Source: Hydrolagus affinis (lineage: Eukaryota). Taken from it: a stretch of DNA of 64,000 nucleotides. Positions 12,886 to 27,809 of the stretch are shown piece after piece. The position numbers and the translations under genes were made by a program. The notes beneath the pieces are model-generated. The model saw only the letters and a program-made list of their open reading frames with translations. It had not been told where the DNA came from and made no database searches. The number at the start of each line of letters is the position of its first letter. The stretch's first letter is position 1. The stretch is from NCBI GenBank assembly GCA_012026655.1, contig JAAILG010000838.1, positions 1 to 64,000 on the forward strand. The letters run 5' to 3'.

Positions 12886-13604
12886 TTGTTATTCTACCAC
12901 TAGAAAGATATGTTTAAGACCAGGAAGACATGAGGCTACAGTCTGAACTCCAGCACAGCTTATTTATTACAGTTGTACTGTGAAAAATAGTGAAAAGTTG
13001 TTTTCTTTGCCAGTTGGAGATAGTTTGAAGATTTACCATCTCTCTCATACCCTAAAGTACAATCAGTGCCTAGCCCACACTCCTTCAAACATCTTGATAA
13101 CCACATTTGGCATGAAACCACGATACGCACATTCAATTTTCATTGCAAAATAAGATGAGAACCCCATTGTCATCTAACCATTATACACAGTCCTCTCCAC
13201 TGTAGGTCCAATATTTCACTCAGATGGAGTGTCGCTGTGAAACAATACTCACCCTGTCAAGCTTTTTGCTGAAATAAACCCTTCAGACAGGGAGATCGAC
13301 TTCACAGTGAATTAATGAAATGCTTGTACCACTGCATTTGTTGCCTTGATGATTTATACTAGTGTTCGTTGGGCAAAGGGTCACCAAGTACACTGAGACA
13401 CATACTCAGGAGTACGTTTGCTGTGCCTCTGAGCCGGTGTCCCTACAGACAGTTTGATGATGAGCAGGGATTCAAGGTGCAACCCTAATTGGCTGCCTCC
13501 TCACAACAGTTGTGACATTGCTTATCCTGATGTGTAGACTGTTTTCTGATGGCTTTGTTATTGTGTCTTACAAAATAATTATTTTAGTTTTTTTCAAACC
13601 CAAG

Positions 13605-13686
13605 GCTGGCAATGTGGTGACCGGGGAGATGGTAGAAGAGCTCATTCTCTCAGGAGCTGACATCATTAAAGTTGGCATTGGCCCAG
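13605..13686 (+). CDS. GMPR: GMPR coding exon 5 ([28 protein letters not shown])
   Basis: Acceptor cccaAG, 82 bp, donor GTaaat. AGNV and KVGIGPG motifs. Confidence 0.96.
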
Positions 13687-14699
13687 GTAAATGAACAAGC
13701 AAGCAGACTTTCAGGCTACGCAGAGCCGTGGAATATGCAAAGCTCCAACCTCTTGCACGTTGCTCTTTTTCAGTGCTTTGGGATGTCCTCCTGACGTGAA
13801 AGGCACTATACAAGTGTAATTTTGTTGTTGTTGTTGTTATGTGTCCTACAGTATTAATCTATTACTATGCACTTCAGCACATCAGTGTGATAATTGAAAC
13901 AATTGTTTTAATTCACTCTAATACTCCTTTCACATTACTATCTTAACTTTGGAAGCAACTATTAGTGTACAAAGACCTGTTTTACTAGTTCTGGAAGTAA
14001 GCTTCAGAGCCAGATCAACTGTCTGTGCCCGAGCGAGTGTTGTATTCAAAGCTGCCTGTCTGGTGACAAACAGCTGATCAATGCGTCCCTCTCAGATTGA
14101 ACCTTTGGGACTTCTTCAGCACTTTGGGACATCATCCCGATGTGAAATGCGCTCTATAAATGTCATTCTGTTGTTGTCTTACTCCTAGACTCAAGATCAC
14201 TACATCTAAAAATAATAACAATTCCTTGCATTTGATATTGCGCTCTATCACATCTTTGACACATCTAAAAGTGTTTTATGGTATTTACTAGAGTATAGTG
14301 ACTGTGTATTTTATAGGCAAACCACCAGCTAATGTACATACAGCAGTGTCCCATAATGGCTATAAAGTGAATGACCAATTTTATTAGGGAGGTAATTGGC
14401 CAAGACACCGGGAGAAACTCTTTTCCCTTTCCAATTAGTGCCATAGGATTATTAGACTCCACCTGAACAGGCAGACAGGGTATAGGTTTAACATCTTATC
14501 TGAAGGATGGCACTTCTGACAATGTATCGCTCCCCCAGCATCACACTAAATTGTCAGTCTGGACTGTGAACTTAAAGACCTAATACAGGACTTGAGCTCA
14601 CAATATTTTGAGGTGAGAGTGTGAGCCAGGCTATCACCAAGTCTATAAGGTACACTGCTAATGGTTCAATGGACAAATACATATGCTACTGAGCAATCC

Positions 14700-15095
14700 A
14701 AATTAGTAACATCGGGGAGGGTCGGGGGAGGGGGAAGGAGAGTGGGAGAGGGGGAAGAGTTAGTGGGGGAGCTGAAGGCGAGGTTGAAGAGGAAGGTCTT
14801 GAAACCGGCCTTGAAGGAGGAAAGAGAGGAAGCAAGATGGAGGGGCTGCGGGATGGAGTTCCACAATGTTGGAGTAGAGAGGTTGAAAGCCTGGCCGCCA
14901 ATGATTGGGTGGTTAGGGCGGTGGACGCGGAGGCCTGAATCTGCTGAACGGAGGGGGCGGGCAGGCTGATAGGGAGACAACAGGTCAGAGAGATAGGCGG
15001 GGGCAAGACCGTTAATGGCCTTGCAGGTGAGGACGAGGATCTTGAATTCAATCCTCTGGGGGATGGGGAGCCAGTGGAGACTGGCGAGGGTGGGA
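14700..15095 (-). mobile_element. L2-type LINE 3' fragment
   Basis: LHWLPIPQRIEFK...GGQAF...PTLWNSIP in ORF 14666-15187. Confidence 0.85.
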
Positions 15096-16967
15096 GGGTG
15101 GGAGATAACTAGAGATAATAGAGGAAATATCGCTAAACACTGTGCAGAATGTGAGATATTCGATCCTGTTAGAAGAAGCTTTGTCAAGTTATTTGACCAA
15201 GTAGAAAATCAGCCTTCATCAATGCTCATTGAGAGGCCGCAATAAAATTTAACAGGATTTCATTCTGCAGATGTCAATTGATACAGATGTTTCAGAGCAT
15301 TTTACAGTACAGCCCCTTCATAACTCGCTTCACTGGAGTGAGAATTCACTTATAACGCGGTTGGTATGAGGATCCATTCATTGCATGAGCAACAACAACA
15401 ACTTTGATTTATATAGCGCCCTCCACGCCTGATGCGTCTCAGAGCACTTCACAGTAGCGGATCCCGAGGCCAAGCAGCTGGCTTCTTGCTTCCCACATGC
15501 TAGCCAACATTAGCACTGTAGTACAGTAACTGGTTTCCGTGTTGCATCACTGCTTGTTTTGCTTCCCATGTGCAAAGCCGTTTTTCTTTTAACAGAAAAA
15601 TGATGACCAGGTTATTAGTTTGAAAGTCAGACCTATGCAGAGAGTGAGTTGGCTGGCTGGCTGTGCTCATGAGTAGTGTGTTAGTAAAGTAAAACCCGTT
15701 AGAATTTATGGATTCCAGACACTGTGATAACAGTTGCACTGTATGTGGGTTTAGGAAGAATGGTTACATAACGATTTGAGATAGGTTTCCTGAAGTGAAA
15801 GACACCGTGTACTGTATATAAATGTAAATTGCATTGTGTTACACATAGCAATGGATTTCTTCCAAAAAAGGACCAACGAGGTGTTTAGATTCTGTGACAG
15901 TAATGAAACTTCGTTAAAAAATTAGACAAACGTAAGTTTACCGGCTGTAGGTTACATCGATTGGATTGAGAAAAACAATTTGTGAACTGTGCAGTATGTC
16001 ATCAAAATGTATTTCCAGAAATGAAATGAATTTGTTAATATAGGTGGTGTGATGTACCAGACTAGCATAAAATGCGCAGATGTTAAGAATAGGTTCAGGG
16101 TGATACAATTGTAACCATAGTAACCGTACAGTAAGCACATCCAAGGCAATTGCAATTCTAATAATATATATAACATCTCGCAATAATGACACCAGTGGCA
16201 TATACAGGAAGGCACTCATAAAAGATCGACATCACAGCCAAGCTTATGGGTCTGTTAAGGTTATATAGTATGTGGCAGCAAGTGATTTTGTGACTGGTGA
16301 TAAACATCACATCCAAACCCAAAAGTGCTTGCTGGGGGTAGGGGGCAGTCAATGCACGCACACATTTGGGTTTTACAAATTAAATTCAGGTGAACGCCAT
16401 TTGTAAGCAATTGACTTTTGAACAAAATGCTTATTAATCTGTGAAAATTGCTCAGAACTGTGTTCTTCTGCGTTTCCGAAGTGAAATGAAGTTGGGATAA
16501 CCGTGGAAAGTGTCGCGTTACCAGTCATTTCTCCAGTAAATAGATTGATATTCTCAGTGAGCTTCACTTTGCAGAAATACGTTGGAAAGTGACTGCGCGT
16601 GACAGTAGGATCTTATCTGCATTATCACATGCTTATGTGTTCACTCCCACACGGACTTTCAGATGAGAAATCAACTGTAAGGGGAGGCATTTGCACGCAA
16701 TGCTTCAGGTTGTCAGAATAACAACAAGGGAAATATTTTTGCAGTGCTGTTTTGTGTTGCGTTTTCCAATGTGAATGCAATGGACATAATGCCAGGATAT
16801 TGGGATAATCTCCCAACCCACAGCCGTCTGGTAAGAGTGCTATTCACTAAGCCGGGTTGACACATTATGTCAAAGGCTATGTTAAATGAAGAACCTACGG
16901 GATTAAATCCACCTTAGGTCCAACTTTAGGTCCTTAGGTCCTTAGGTCCTATCTATAACCAGGGCTT

Positions 16968-18170
16968 ACTCTGCCTCCTTATCCTCCTGGACCAGTCCGC
17001 TGTGTTCGACACAGTCGACCACACCATCCTCCTCCACCGCTTGTCCTCTGTCATCCACCTCAGTGGGACCAGCACTCACCTGGTTCGAATCCTACCTCAA
17101 ACCACCAGCAGCACATCTCACTAGTTACCTGTGGGGTACCCCAGGGATCCATCCTCGGCCCCCTCCTCTTCCTCATCTACACGCTCCCTCTTGGGGATGT
17201 CATCCGCAGACATGGGGCACACTTCCATATGTATGCTGATGACACCCAACTCTACTTTTCCACTTTACTTTGCGACCCCCCAGTCCCCTGATGTTCTGTC
17301 AGCCTGCCTGTCAGACATCAGGAGCTGGATGAGCGCGAACTTCCTGCAGCTGAATGTCGACAAGACAGAGGCCATACTCTTTGGCTCTCGTCAACGTCTT
17401 CATTCGCACGGCTCTCACCACCTCCACCTTCCCGGCCTGCCCCTAAAACTCTCCGAACCTGTGCACAACCTTAGCGTCAGGTTCAACCCCCAACTGTCCT
17501 TCCTCCCCCACATCCGGTCCCTCACTAGCACCGCCTTCTTCCACCTCTGATGGATCGCCCGTCTCCGGCGATACCTCACCCCAAAAGCCGCTGAAACCTT
17601 AGTCCATAACTTTGTCATCTCTTGGCTGGACTATTGCAACGCCCTCCTCGTCGGACTCCCCTCTACCACAATCCACAAAATCCAGCTAATTCCGCCGCCT
17701 GCATACTCACCCACACCAAGCTTCGCTCCCCCATTACCCAGACCAGACTTCACTGGCTCCCTGTCCCTGAGAGGATCGACTTCAAGATCCTCACCCTTGT
17801 TTTCAAGTCCCTCCACTCCTCTGCACCCCCTGCCTCTCTGATCTCCTCTCTCCCCAAACCAGCACCCGCTGCCTTCGCTCCACGCTGGTCTGGCCTCCAT
17901 GTCCCCTGAATCCTCCGCTGTACCCTCGGTGGCCGTGCCTTGAACCACTACACCTCAAGGCTCTGGAACTCCCTTCCTCACTCCCTTCGCCTCGCCCCCT
18001 CTCTTCCCAGTTTCAGGTCACAGCTAAAGACCTTTCTCTTCGACCGCGCCTTTGGTCACCTTTCTACCCCTGCCCCTGGCTCACTCCCGGGATCCGCTAT
18101 TGTAAAGTGCTCTGAGGCACCGTCCGGCATGGAGGGCGCTATGTGAATCGAAGTTGTTGTTGTTGTTGTT
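16968..18170 (+). mobile_element. L2-type LINE 3' fragment, about 1.2 kb, with degenerate RT core
   Basis: Contains [28 protein letters not shown] and YADDTQLY, then the C-terminus and (GTT)n tail. Has stops and frameshifts. Confidence 0.92.
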
Positions 18171-20504
18171 TTCCTCTGTAGCATTTAGAACGTCCAGAAG
18201 TTGGCAAATTATTGAATTTAATCTTAATTGAAACTCGATTTAAATTGAATTTGAATCTGTGCCCAGATGGATTTTTAAAGATCCCACTGCATTATTCAAA
18301 AAGGGAGGGGAGTTTCTCTTAGTGTCCTGACCAAAAAATCCCCCAAATAAACTTGTTCCCTCACTTCACAGCTCTTTGCAAGATGTTGCAACGCACAAAT
18401 TGGCTGATACATCAGCCCACAAAATACACCGCACACCATTTTACAGTATATCATGTGAAACGCTTTGAGACATCTCGGAGACCCGATAAGGGATAATTAT
18501 ATATTAAGAATACAGTAAACCTCACATGAATGAGTTGGGGCCATACATTTAATATGATTTGTGCAAAGTATGAGTATGTTAAACTTGCTTACAATATAAA
18601 CTGTTGAACTGAACTTGAGCAGATGTACATTTTAGGTAATTATGCAATTCATACAGATCAAACTTAGGTAAGTTTGACTATATATCAAATGCAGGGATGA
18701 TTATTGTTTTATTATTAACTTTGAAGCTGTATTTCTAAAGTTCTTAAAATCATTTACAGAAAAACAACTTCAAAATTAAGGCTGTTCAAAATACTCTTGC
18801 TGCACCTTACTTCATGTCATTCTCACAAGGTTGTATATGGCCCCCCCAGGCAGTGTGGAGAGTGATGGGAGGCAGAGCTGTGTGGGAGGTAAAACAAAGA
18901 AGTTAGAAATAGTTCTCGGGATGGAACAAGTCATAATAATAATAATTCTTGCATTTGATACAGCGCCTTATGACGCCTTCGAGACGTCGCAAAGTGCCTC
19001 ACAGAATATACTTTAAAGTGAATTGACTATATTTGGGGGGCAAATCACAGCAGCCAATTGCACATAGCAGTGTCCCAAAACAGTTATGGATTGAAGTGAC
19101 CAATTTTTCAAAAAGGAATTATTACTCCCGGAAAAGCGATACGCCAATCAACAACCAAGTTCCTATTTACTGCTAGGTAAACAAAACAACAAAAATAACA
19201 ACAACGTTACATTTGTAGAGTGACTTTCATTTTGGGAGGATGTCCCAAGGCGCTGAACAATCGTGTCAGGACCCGAGCATGTAGGGTGCGAGTGGGGGGC
19301 AGGGTTGGGATGAGGAAGGGTAAAGAGGGAGGAGGGTGGCTATAGGCACGGTCGAAAAGGAGGGCCTTGAGTCAGGCCTTGCAGGAGGCAGAGGGATTGT
19401 AGGATGGAGTTCCAGAGAGTGGGGGCAGAGAGGCTGAAAGCCTGGCCACCGATGGTTGGGCGGGAGACAATGAGCAGGCCAGAGCTTGTGTGGAAACTTG
19501 CCCAACATTTTGCCCTGTCTGGAATCAAATCCAGGTCTCTTGCTTGCGAGTCAAGTGCTCTCAACCACTGAGCTACAAGATTCATTCCCTAGGGTGGATG
19601 TGGCCTGCAGGCTGCCAACTTCACCACGCTGGTTTAAATCTATCATTGGATCGGCTCAGGGCACTGTGCAATTGCACATGTTGCATGGTCCTAATATTGT
19701 CCCTGGTCCTGGCCAACAATCCCCCAGAATAATAAATTAGTCATTCACTTCACGGCTGTTTGTAGGAGAATACCGTGAGCATAAATGGCTGCTGTATTCG
19801 CCAAATGTACACAGTCATACATTTTACACATAACTTTGTGAAGCCCTTTAGATATTTTGAGATGACAAGGCACGGTATCAAATGTATTATACATAATGTC
19901 TTAAATATTGCACAACTTAATATTTAAACATAAAATTGCAATGGAGCCTGCTGTTACATACTACATAAACTTGTAAGGTATCAGAACAGTCTTTGCTCTA
20001 TTTTTTAGATAAAGTTTAATTTATTCTGTATGTAGAAGGCTTCAGGTTTGATCCTCAGACTGCCTGAGTTTACAGATCTCAGCAAGGCATTAGTTCTTCT
20101 GGATAATGAAGGGGAAACTAACCAGTATTGTTCTCATTGTTGCTCTCAAGTGATCACTGTGAAGGATTGAATGTGCAAACAACCCTCGGTGTGACTAAGG
20201 AAGAAAAAAATGAAATTTGGATTAGTTACTGAAGGGGGACTAACACCTCATACACTTGGCATGTTTCTCCAGGTGTTCTGGCCATCAATTCCCCAAATTA
20301 AATTAGTTACTCAATCCATTTCTATTTTGGGGATAATATAGTATGCAGATTGACTGCTGCGTTCGCCCACAAAGTACCCACAGTGACTGCATTTTAAGTG
20401 TATCATATGAAGCTCCTTGACGCGCCTTGACAACGTTGAAAAGGCACTTTACCAAATGAAGGGATTATTTATTATAATGTACTAATGATGTATACATTGC
20501 ATAA

Positions 20505-20813
<309 letters not shown>

Positions 20814-20980
20814 TAGACTTCTATCAGGTTATTCTTAAGACTTTATCACATACGCTTTCAACTGCCTTACTGAATTCAGCTTCAAGAGAAGACCTGTGAT
20901 AAATTGAATGTTCAATGAGTTGAGCTTGATTTAATTTAAAACAATGCTACACTGTATATGTGTCTATATGTAGATGAGGG

Positions 20981-21018
20981 TATATATATATATATGTGTG
21001 TGTGTGTATATATATATA
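20981..21018. repeat. (TA)n(TG)n(TA)n microsatellite
   Basis: Read directly from the sequence. Confidence 0.9.
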
Positions 21019-24000
21019 CACAAATCCTCTTAAACCAGTGAAATTCTAGAACATTTTCCTTCCACCAGGTTTATTTTTCAGATCACTGCTAAATTATGCT
21101 GATTGGACAGTCATTTTCTGCCATTGTGTGCCATTGAGTGTATCCTTGTTTTTAGTTTCACGAGATTTGCATTGAGTGAGTCTATGTCTCACAGACTGAC
21201 TCTGTGATGTTTCACTTTACATTAATGCAGTATTTACATTATGGCTGTGCAGCCTTGAAATGTGGCGCTAAATCTGGAGATATTGTGCACTTTGAGCCTC
21301 CTGCACCTCGACATTGTCTCCGGGACTTTTGGTAGAGTGTTTGTGGTAACAGAAGTATGTGCACAGCTTGATGTTATCCCCTTATTCTTATGTGACATCT
21401 TGAATGTGACAATCAGCACAGGAGATAAGCAGGGTCTCCTTGGAGCTGAAGTGACATTCTTGGCAATGGAACATCGAAATTGAGCCTAGCATCTGTCGTG
21501 GTCTTGGTAGTCCAGTCCCTGAGCCAGGCGTCTGCAGTACTCGAAGACACTGTTGATGACAGTTCATCCAGACTGGCTCATTGGCAGGGATTCTTCACAC
21601 TCACCTCCTATTAACTCTGCAAGTCGAAGCCCTAATGAGTAGTGTGATCCTAGCTGGACAAGCAGTGAGAAAGCTAGCCAGACTGTGCTATATGATTTGA
21701 TAAACTATATGACAAACTATATGATTTGAACATGTTAACTATCATCATTACCTCAAAACACACGCTGGGTTACTCAAGCCCTGGCTCTTGCCAACCAGTG
21801 CCAAATACTCTCTGGAACTGGGTAAGCAGGATCTCTCCAGGTGGTACGTGCGCATTCTATTGCAAACCTGAGAATTTCCATGTTGGAGTGGCAAACATGG
21901 AACTCTCTTGTCTGGTTTGGATATTCTTAATGTGGAGTTGGGCTCCTGTGTGTGTCAGATACCAAAACATTGGCATGAAAAATGCTGCTGATTTGAATCT
22001 TCAACTGGCGATAGGACAAACCATTCGCCTGAAGTCAGGGGTGGCCTGTGCACTCATAAACTGGGCATTAAGGAAAGATTTTAAGTCCAGGCAGAGTTTA
22101 TTGCATCACACGTTTTATTTGACCCTTCTGTGTTCAAGGCTCACTTCAGAGCTTTGAGCTCATAGTCTAGACTGACATTCCATTGAAGTGCTGGGGGAAG
22201 TGCTCCATTGGTGTCATCTTTCAGCTAAGATATAAAACCAAGGTGATGCTTGCTTGTTACAGTAAATGTGGCACTATTTGAAAAGAGAAGGGGAGTTTCT
22301 CCCAGTGCCCTGGCCAGCAATCTCCTAGATTAAAAAATGTGATTATTCATTCGGTCATTCATATGTTCATCAGCCACTTTTTTGTTTCCCACATCCTATG
22401 CATCTGTACTTCAGGAGGCAACAGAAGTTAGATGAAATGAGAGGACAAATGCTAGTGCTATGATGATGGCTTATGTTATTTTTCCATGAACAAGCAGTAA
22501 CAGTGGTACTGAAGATTTTATGTTCACCGTGGACAGTATCAGCTATTGGGGAGATCATCCAGTGCCAAAGTGGGTCCAGGTACCTTTACTGGTGGGAAAT
22601 TTACATTCTTTTGATGCTATCCATGACAAACCTGTAGTGGAGAAGTGGGATGGGATACAGATCCTATTGAAGCACTGTAATGGATTAACCTTGTATTGCC
22701 ATGAATCGTTCTGCTGGCTTCAACAACAACAACTTGCATTCATGTAATGCTCTTTTACGCCTGGTAGCATCTCAGAGCGTTTAGCAATTAATTACTTTGA
22801 CTGCGAGCCAAGGGGCAAGTGGAGGTAACCGTAGGCATGGTCAAATCTCATTGAGACTTCAAGGGTTCTCACTGCTGGGCATGTGAGCCACAGGATCCTT
22901 CGTGGTCTTCTCAGCTGTTCCTCCCACATCAAAGCAGAGTGACATCGCACAATGTGCAATAGGCTTTTGTGGACTAGAAACAGAATACAGGTGTTACCCA
23001 ACTTAATCAAAGGCAAAAGAGATAAGACATCACTGTCATGAAGAGCAATCGAAGAGTTGCTTTGTTGTAAACTGGTGACTGCAACATTCTAACTGGGGAT
23101 GCTCATTGCAGTCGGTGAAGAGATAGATTACTCACCTTCAGGTGACATGGCCGATGTTTGAGCCCAAGATACCTTCTGCAAAGCTATGGCTGTCGACAAG
23201 AAGTCTTCTCTTTCAATTGTAATGAAAGCGCAGTCTTATTTTGTCTTAAAGAACATCAGTTATTTATAACTCTACCAAAAGAAAACAGACTGAGAAGTCA
23301 TTGAAGTTCCGAGGCAGAGAGGGGGAGGCAGAGAGGGGACACGGAGTATACTTTCACTCAAGGGAATTATAACTACATGAAGTATACACTATACTGTACA
23401 CTGAATACCACAAGTGGCCTCAAATATCAAATGGAAGGATTCTAAGTAATGCTCCCATTGTAATACTTTAACAGAAGACAAAATTACAAGACAAGTGTTC
23501 AGTGAAGGTATTTGGGCTGTACATTAGGTATCTTCCAGCACCACTCAATAGATGTTGAACAAAATAGTAACTTGCATTCTTACAGCACTATATCATGTTG
23601 GAATGTCTCAAAATTTTACAGTAATTATTTTCAAGCTGTTTTGCACAATAACCATAAAGTAAATACAATACAATTTTCATTTGTATAATGGTTTTCAATT
23701 CAGGCAGGCATCTCAAAGCGCTTGGAAGTGAATTACTAGTTTAACTGACAGATTTTTAGCCTGGTCACAGGGAGAAACTTTGCTTTCAAGCAGTTATTGT
23801 GCTATTACAACAGAGACATAGATTTTGGATCAGAGAAGATTTGAAAGCTTATTGGGCTGGAGAAGCACTGAGTAGAGGGAGGAATGTGGGGAATTGTGGA
23901 CAGAAAGTTAGGGGATGGATGATCAGGGAAATCAGAGTCATAGTCAAGGTTGAAAGAATCAGAGATAGAGACAATATGTAAGGAAAGAAAGGAGAGCAGA

Positions 24001-26044
24001 ATCAGTCATATGGAATGGATGAGTGAGGAAAATAATAATGATTCCAAACTATTGTCTAATACTCTTCTAAAGAATAAAATCTTAGGAGTGTCTGTCCAGG
24101 AATACATACCGAACATGGTCTCTAGATGGCGATGTAGGATATCATGTTTGAGCCTTCAGTTCAGACAGGTATTCAGCATGAAAATACTCGCACTTTAAAA
24201 AGTTGAACTCTGTGAATACAACAGTGAGGGCAATAAAGTCAACCTACAAGAACAATACTGTTACAGCACAGCAACATTCTACCCAACCAGTCCATGCTGG
24301 TGTTTATACTCCACGAGTCTCCATGACTCACCAACAACCCTTTATTCCCTTCTTGCTTATGAAAGTGCCAGGAATGTTTAGTACTACGAATCTATGAGGA
24401 AAGAATGACTGTACATTTAACAGATCCTGCACCTGTTTGATCAATAACGCGGGGCCCTATGCAGCCTCACACAGCACTCGAGCCTGAGAGATTCCCAACA
24501 TAGAAATCTATCTTTATACCTATAATTTACATTTTCAAGCTCTACTTCAGGAACTCCTGCACATAGTCAGCTTGCTGTAGAGGAACTGAAGTCTGCTGGG
24601 AAGCCAGAGAGTTCCAGAGAGTGGGAGCAGATACACTGAGGTCCAACCTCCAATGGTGGGGCAGGCAGGCGGAGGGGGGTGGGTGGGGGGCGAGACACAA
24701 AGCAGATCAGGGAGCAAATGAGTTGGGCACCTTATGGAGCCAGTGCTCTCCTTCTGTTATATTGTAAGATCAGACCACTGAGTTACCTGGAATGTTCTCA
24801 CCACCTTGAAGAGGAATTGTGAACATGAGAGAGTAGCGACTGGTATCATGTAATGTATCAGGAGCAGATAAATAATAATAATACTGTAATAATGTTTGCT
24901 TTTGAAATAGATATGGCAAGAGATTGATTGGACAGTTTCTCTCACGTAGTAATTTTAGACACACTTATCATATTCACAAAATTAAAATAACCTTGATCAT
25001 TCATGCCAGTTTGTGGGGCATTGCTGTAGCCAAATATACCTGATGCATTTGCCTACAACATGCACAGTCAATATATTTTACAGTGAATCATTTATATAAT
25101 AATTCTTGCATTTGATATAGCTCCTTATCATTTTCTAGGTGTTGCAAAGCTCTTCTCAGATACTGCAAGGTGAATTAGCTGTATAATTTGTGGCCGTGCA
25201 ATGAAGCACTTTGAAACACTGTGAACTGATGTGAAACAACAAGAACAGAATTACATTTGTATAGCGCCTTTCAAGTCGGGAGGAAATCCAAGGTGTTGGA
25301 AAGCACTATATCAAATCTAAGCATTAGTTATTATTTCTGTACATTTGATATGATGCATAAAACATAAAAAATCTCAAAGCATATCCCAGTAATTACTGTT
25401 AATTGTAATGATCATGTGTTTGTAGGCAAATACTCCTGCCAATTTGTACCCAGCAACCTCCCACAAACAGCCATGATGCGATTGATCAATTTTATCGGGG
25501 AGAATATTGACACCAGGAAGAAATCTCCTTTCAAATAACGTCACAAAATCTTTAACATCCATCTGAACCTGCAGATGGCGAGAGCGGCTGGGTTAAAGAA
25601 GTCCATCCTCTTTCTTCCATTATACCATCTCTGCTGTCCTCCAATTTCGGCATCAAACTGTTTCTTAAATGAATCTTGTGTCCTGACCTTAAATCACCCT
25701 TTCGGGTCATTTGCTCCAGATGTTACTTTCATTTGGGTTGATATCTACACTCCAGCCACATCTGGCAACATGAGGCAAAGTTCCTTTATAAATAACTGCA
25801 AAGATTTATAGTTTTTTTTATTGCAACAAAAACATTTGTATCTGACTCCTCTCACAATATTTGAATGTGTACTTTAATCAAGTGCCCAACTGGCTGATGC
25901 GTTTCACCCCAAAAATCTACCACTTTACAATGTGTTCTGTGAAGCTTATTGAGGTTTCTCAACAATGTGATAAGGCACTATATCAAATGGAAGGATCATT
26001 ATTATTATTATTATCATTTACATTTTCCTACTTCATATTTTATG

Positions 26045-26333
26045 TGGAGTGCTGAAGCTCAGTGGTTAGAGCAGTCACCTTACAACTGAGAGACCTGGGT
26101 TCAATTCCAGGCAGGGCAAAACCTTGGGCAAGTTTCTTTAATAATAATCCCTCAAAAAAAAATTGGTAATTTCAATCCACGACTGTTTGTGGAACACTGC
26201 TGTGCACAATTGGTTGCCGTGTTTTGCCCACATCTATAGTCAATTCACTTTACAGTATATTCTGTGAAGCGCTTTGAGACGTCTAGAAGACATGAAAAGC
26301 GCTATATCAAATGCAGGGATTATTATTATTATT
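26045..26333 (+). mobile_element. Near full-length copy of the same SINE family
   Basis: Head gctcagtggttagagc...gggttcaattccagg, Deu-like body, (ATT)n tail. Confidence 0.85.
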
Positions 26334-27809
26334 ACTGAAGACTTATGGTCGGATATGATAGTCTACGAGTAGACACATTTCCTCAATAATTCCCCTGACA
26401 TAATCAAGAAGAATTTTGTTTTTTTGCACAGATGGTTACTAGAACGTGGATTGCTTTAGCGCAAGTAGCAGATGAAGCCTTGTGCATACCAATCTCTGAA
26501 AGAGAATTGGATAAATACTTGAGGAAAAATAATGCTGCATTGAAGTTTATGGTGATAAAGTTGATGGAGCAGGTGAATGGGATGAGAGTAGATAGCTCCA
26601 GAGAGGTAGCTAGAACCAGCAATGATACGATATGCAGAAGCATAACCTCCATCTGTGCTGAAAACATTCTGGGACTGAAATAACTGGGCTGACAGCCAAA
26701 GATTGGCTGAAGCAGGTGCTGAAACAATTCTGGCTTCTGTGTGAGTCGTCCTCCCAATCTGGTAGGATGAATGAAGCTGTCCGTCACATATAAACCATTT
26801 AAAAACCAGAGTTTCATGGTCTACATAGTTGAATGGGAATTATTCTCCCTTTTTTCCCTTGTTGGATGTGATGGCGAAGACAATACAGAAAATTCCTATG
26901 TCAGAAAAATAAAAACCTACTCAGTGATGAGAAGTTGGGGGCAGACTCACAGAACAGAACAACCTCTCAAATGAAGCATTAGCTTCTTACTCCCATTGCT
27001 GGAGGGTCAAGGAAAGATCGACCCACCATTCCAGATATGCAAACAACAATAATTTGCGTTTATATAGCTCCCTTCACATGGGGTAGTGTCTCGGAGCACT
27101 GAACCACTGAAGAGCTTGACGCCGAGCCGAGGAGAGCGAGGATGTGATTAAGCACAATCGAGGATGAAGGTCTTCTGATACAATCGGAAGACCGTCAAGG
27201 AGGAGGCAACGTAGAGGGATTGAGGCAGGGTATTCCAGTGTAGTTCCTGAAATCCCGGCTGCTGATGGTGGAGAGTAGTGGACAAGCGATGGGGAGTGGA
27301 GTGTGAGCAGGTTGGAATGAAATGATGTGTACAAAATTGTGAAAATCTTGATATCAATCCATTCTGAAATAGGGAGCTTGGCAAGGGCTGGAGTGATGCA
27401 GCGTTTGATACAGGTGAGGATACAGGTGGTGTCATTTTGAATTTAAATTGATTTTATGAATGATGGAGCTGGGGAGACCAACGAGGAGTGCATTGGAATA
27501 ATTGCAGCATGATGTAGCAAAACAGGACAAGGGTTTCAGCTGCATTGGTTGTGAGGTACAGTCAGAGGTGGAGCAAAGCTGTCTTGGTCAGGGACAGATG
27601 TGGGGTAGGAAGGACAGCTGGGGTTCAAAACTGTCATCTATGACACATGTGTCAACAGTCAGCTGCAAAAAGTTGGCACTCCCAAGTAAAACAGCAGTGC
27701 CTTGGCCCCAAATAATAATATAAGAAGAATAATTCTGCATTTGGTAAAGTGCCTTTCATATCAGTAGGATGTCTGAAAATGTATTAACTGAATGTTGTAG
27801 GCAAAATAC

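Noticed and set aside
15303-16900. Possible long Tigger/pogo element starting TACAGTACAGCCCC
   Set aside because: I could not identify a right TIR or transposase motif with confidence.
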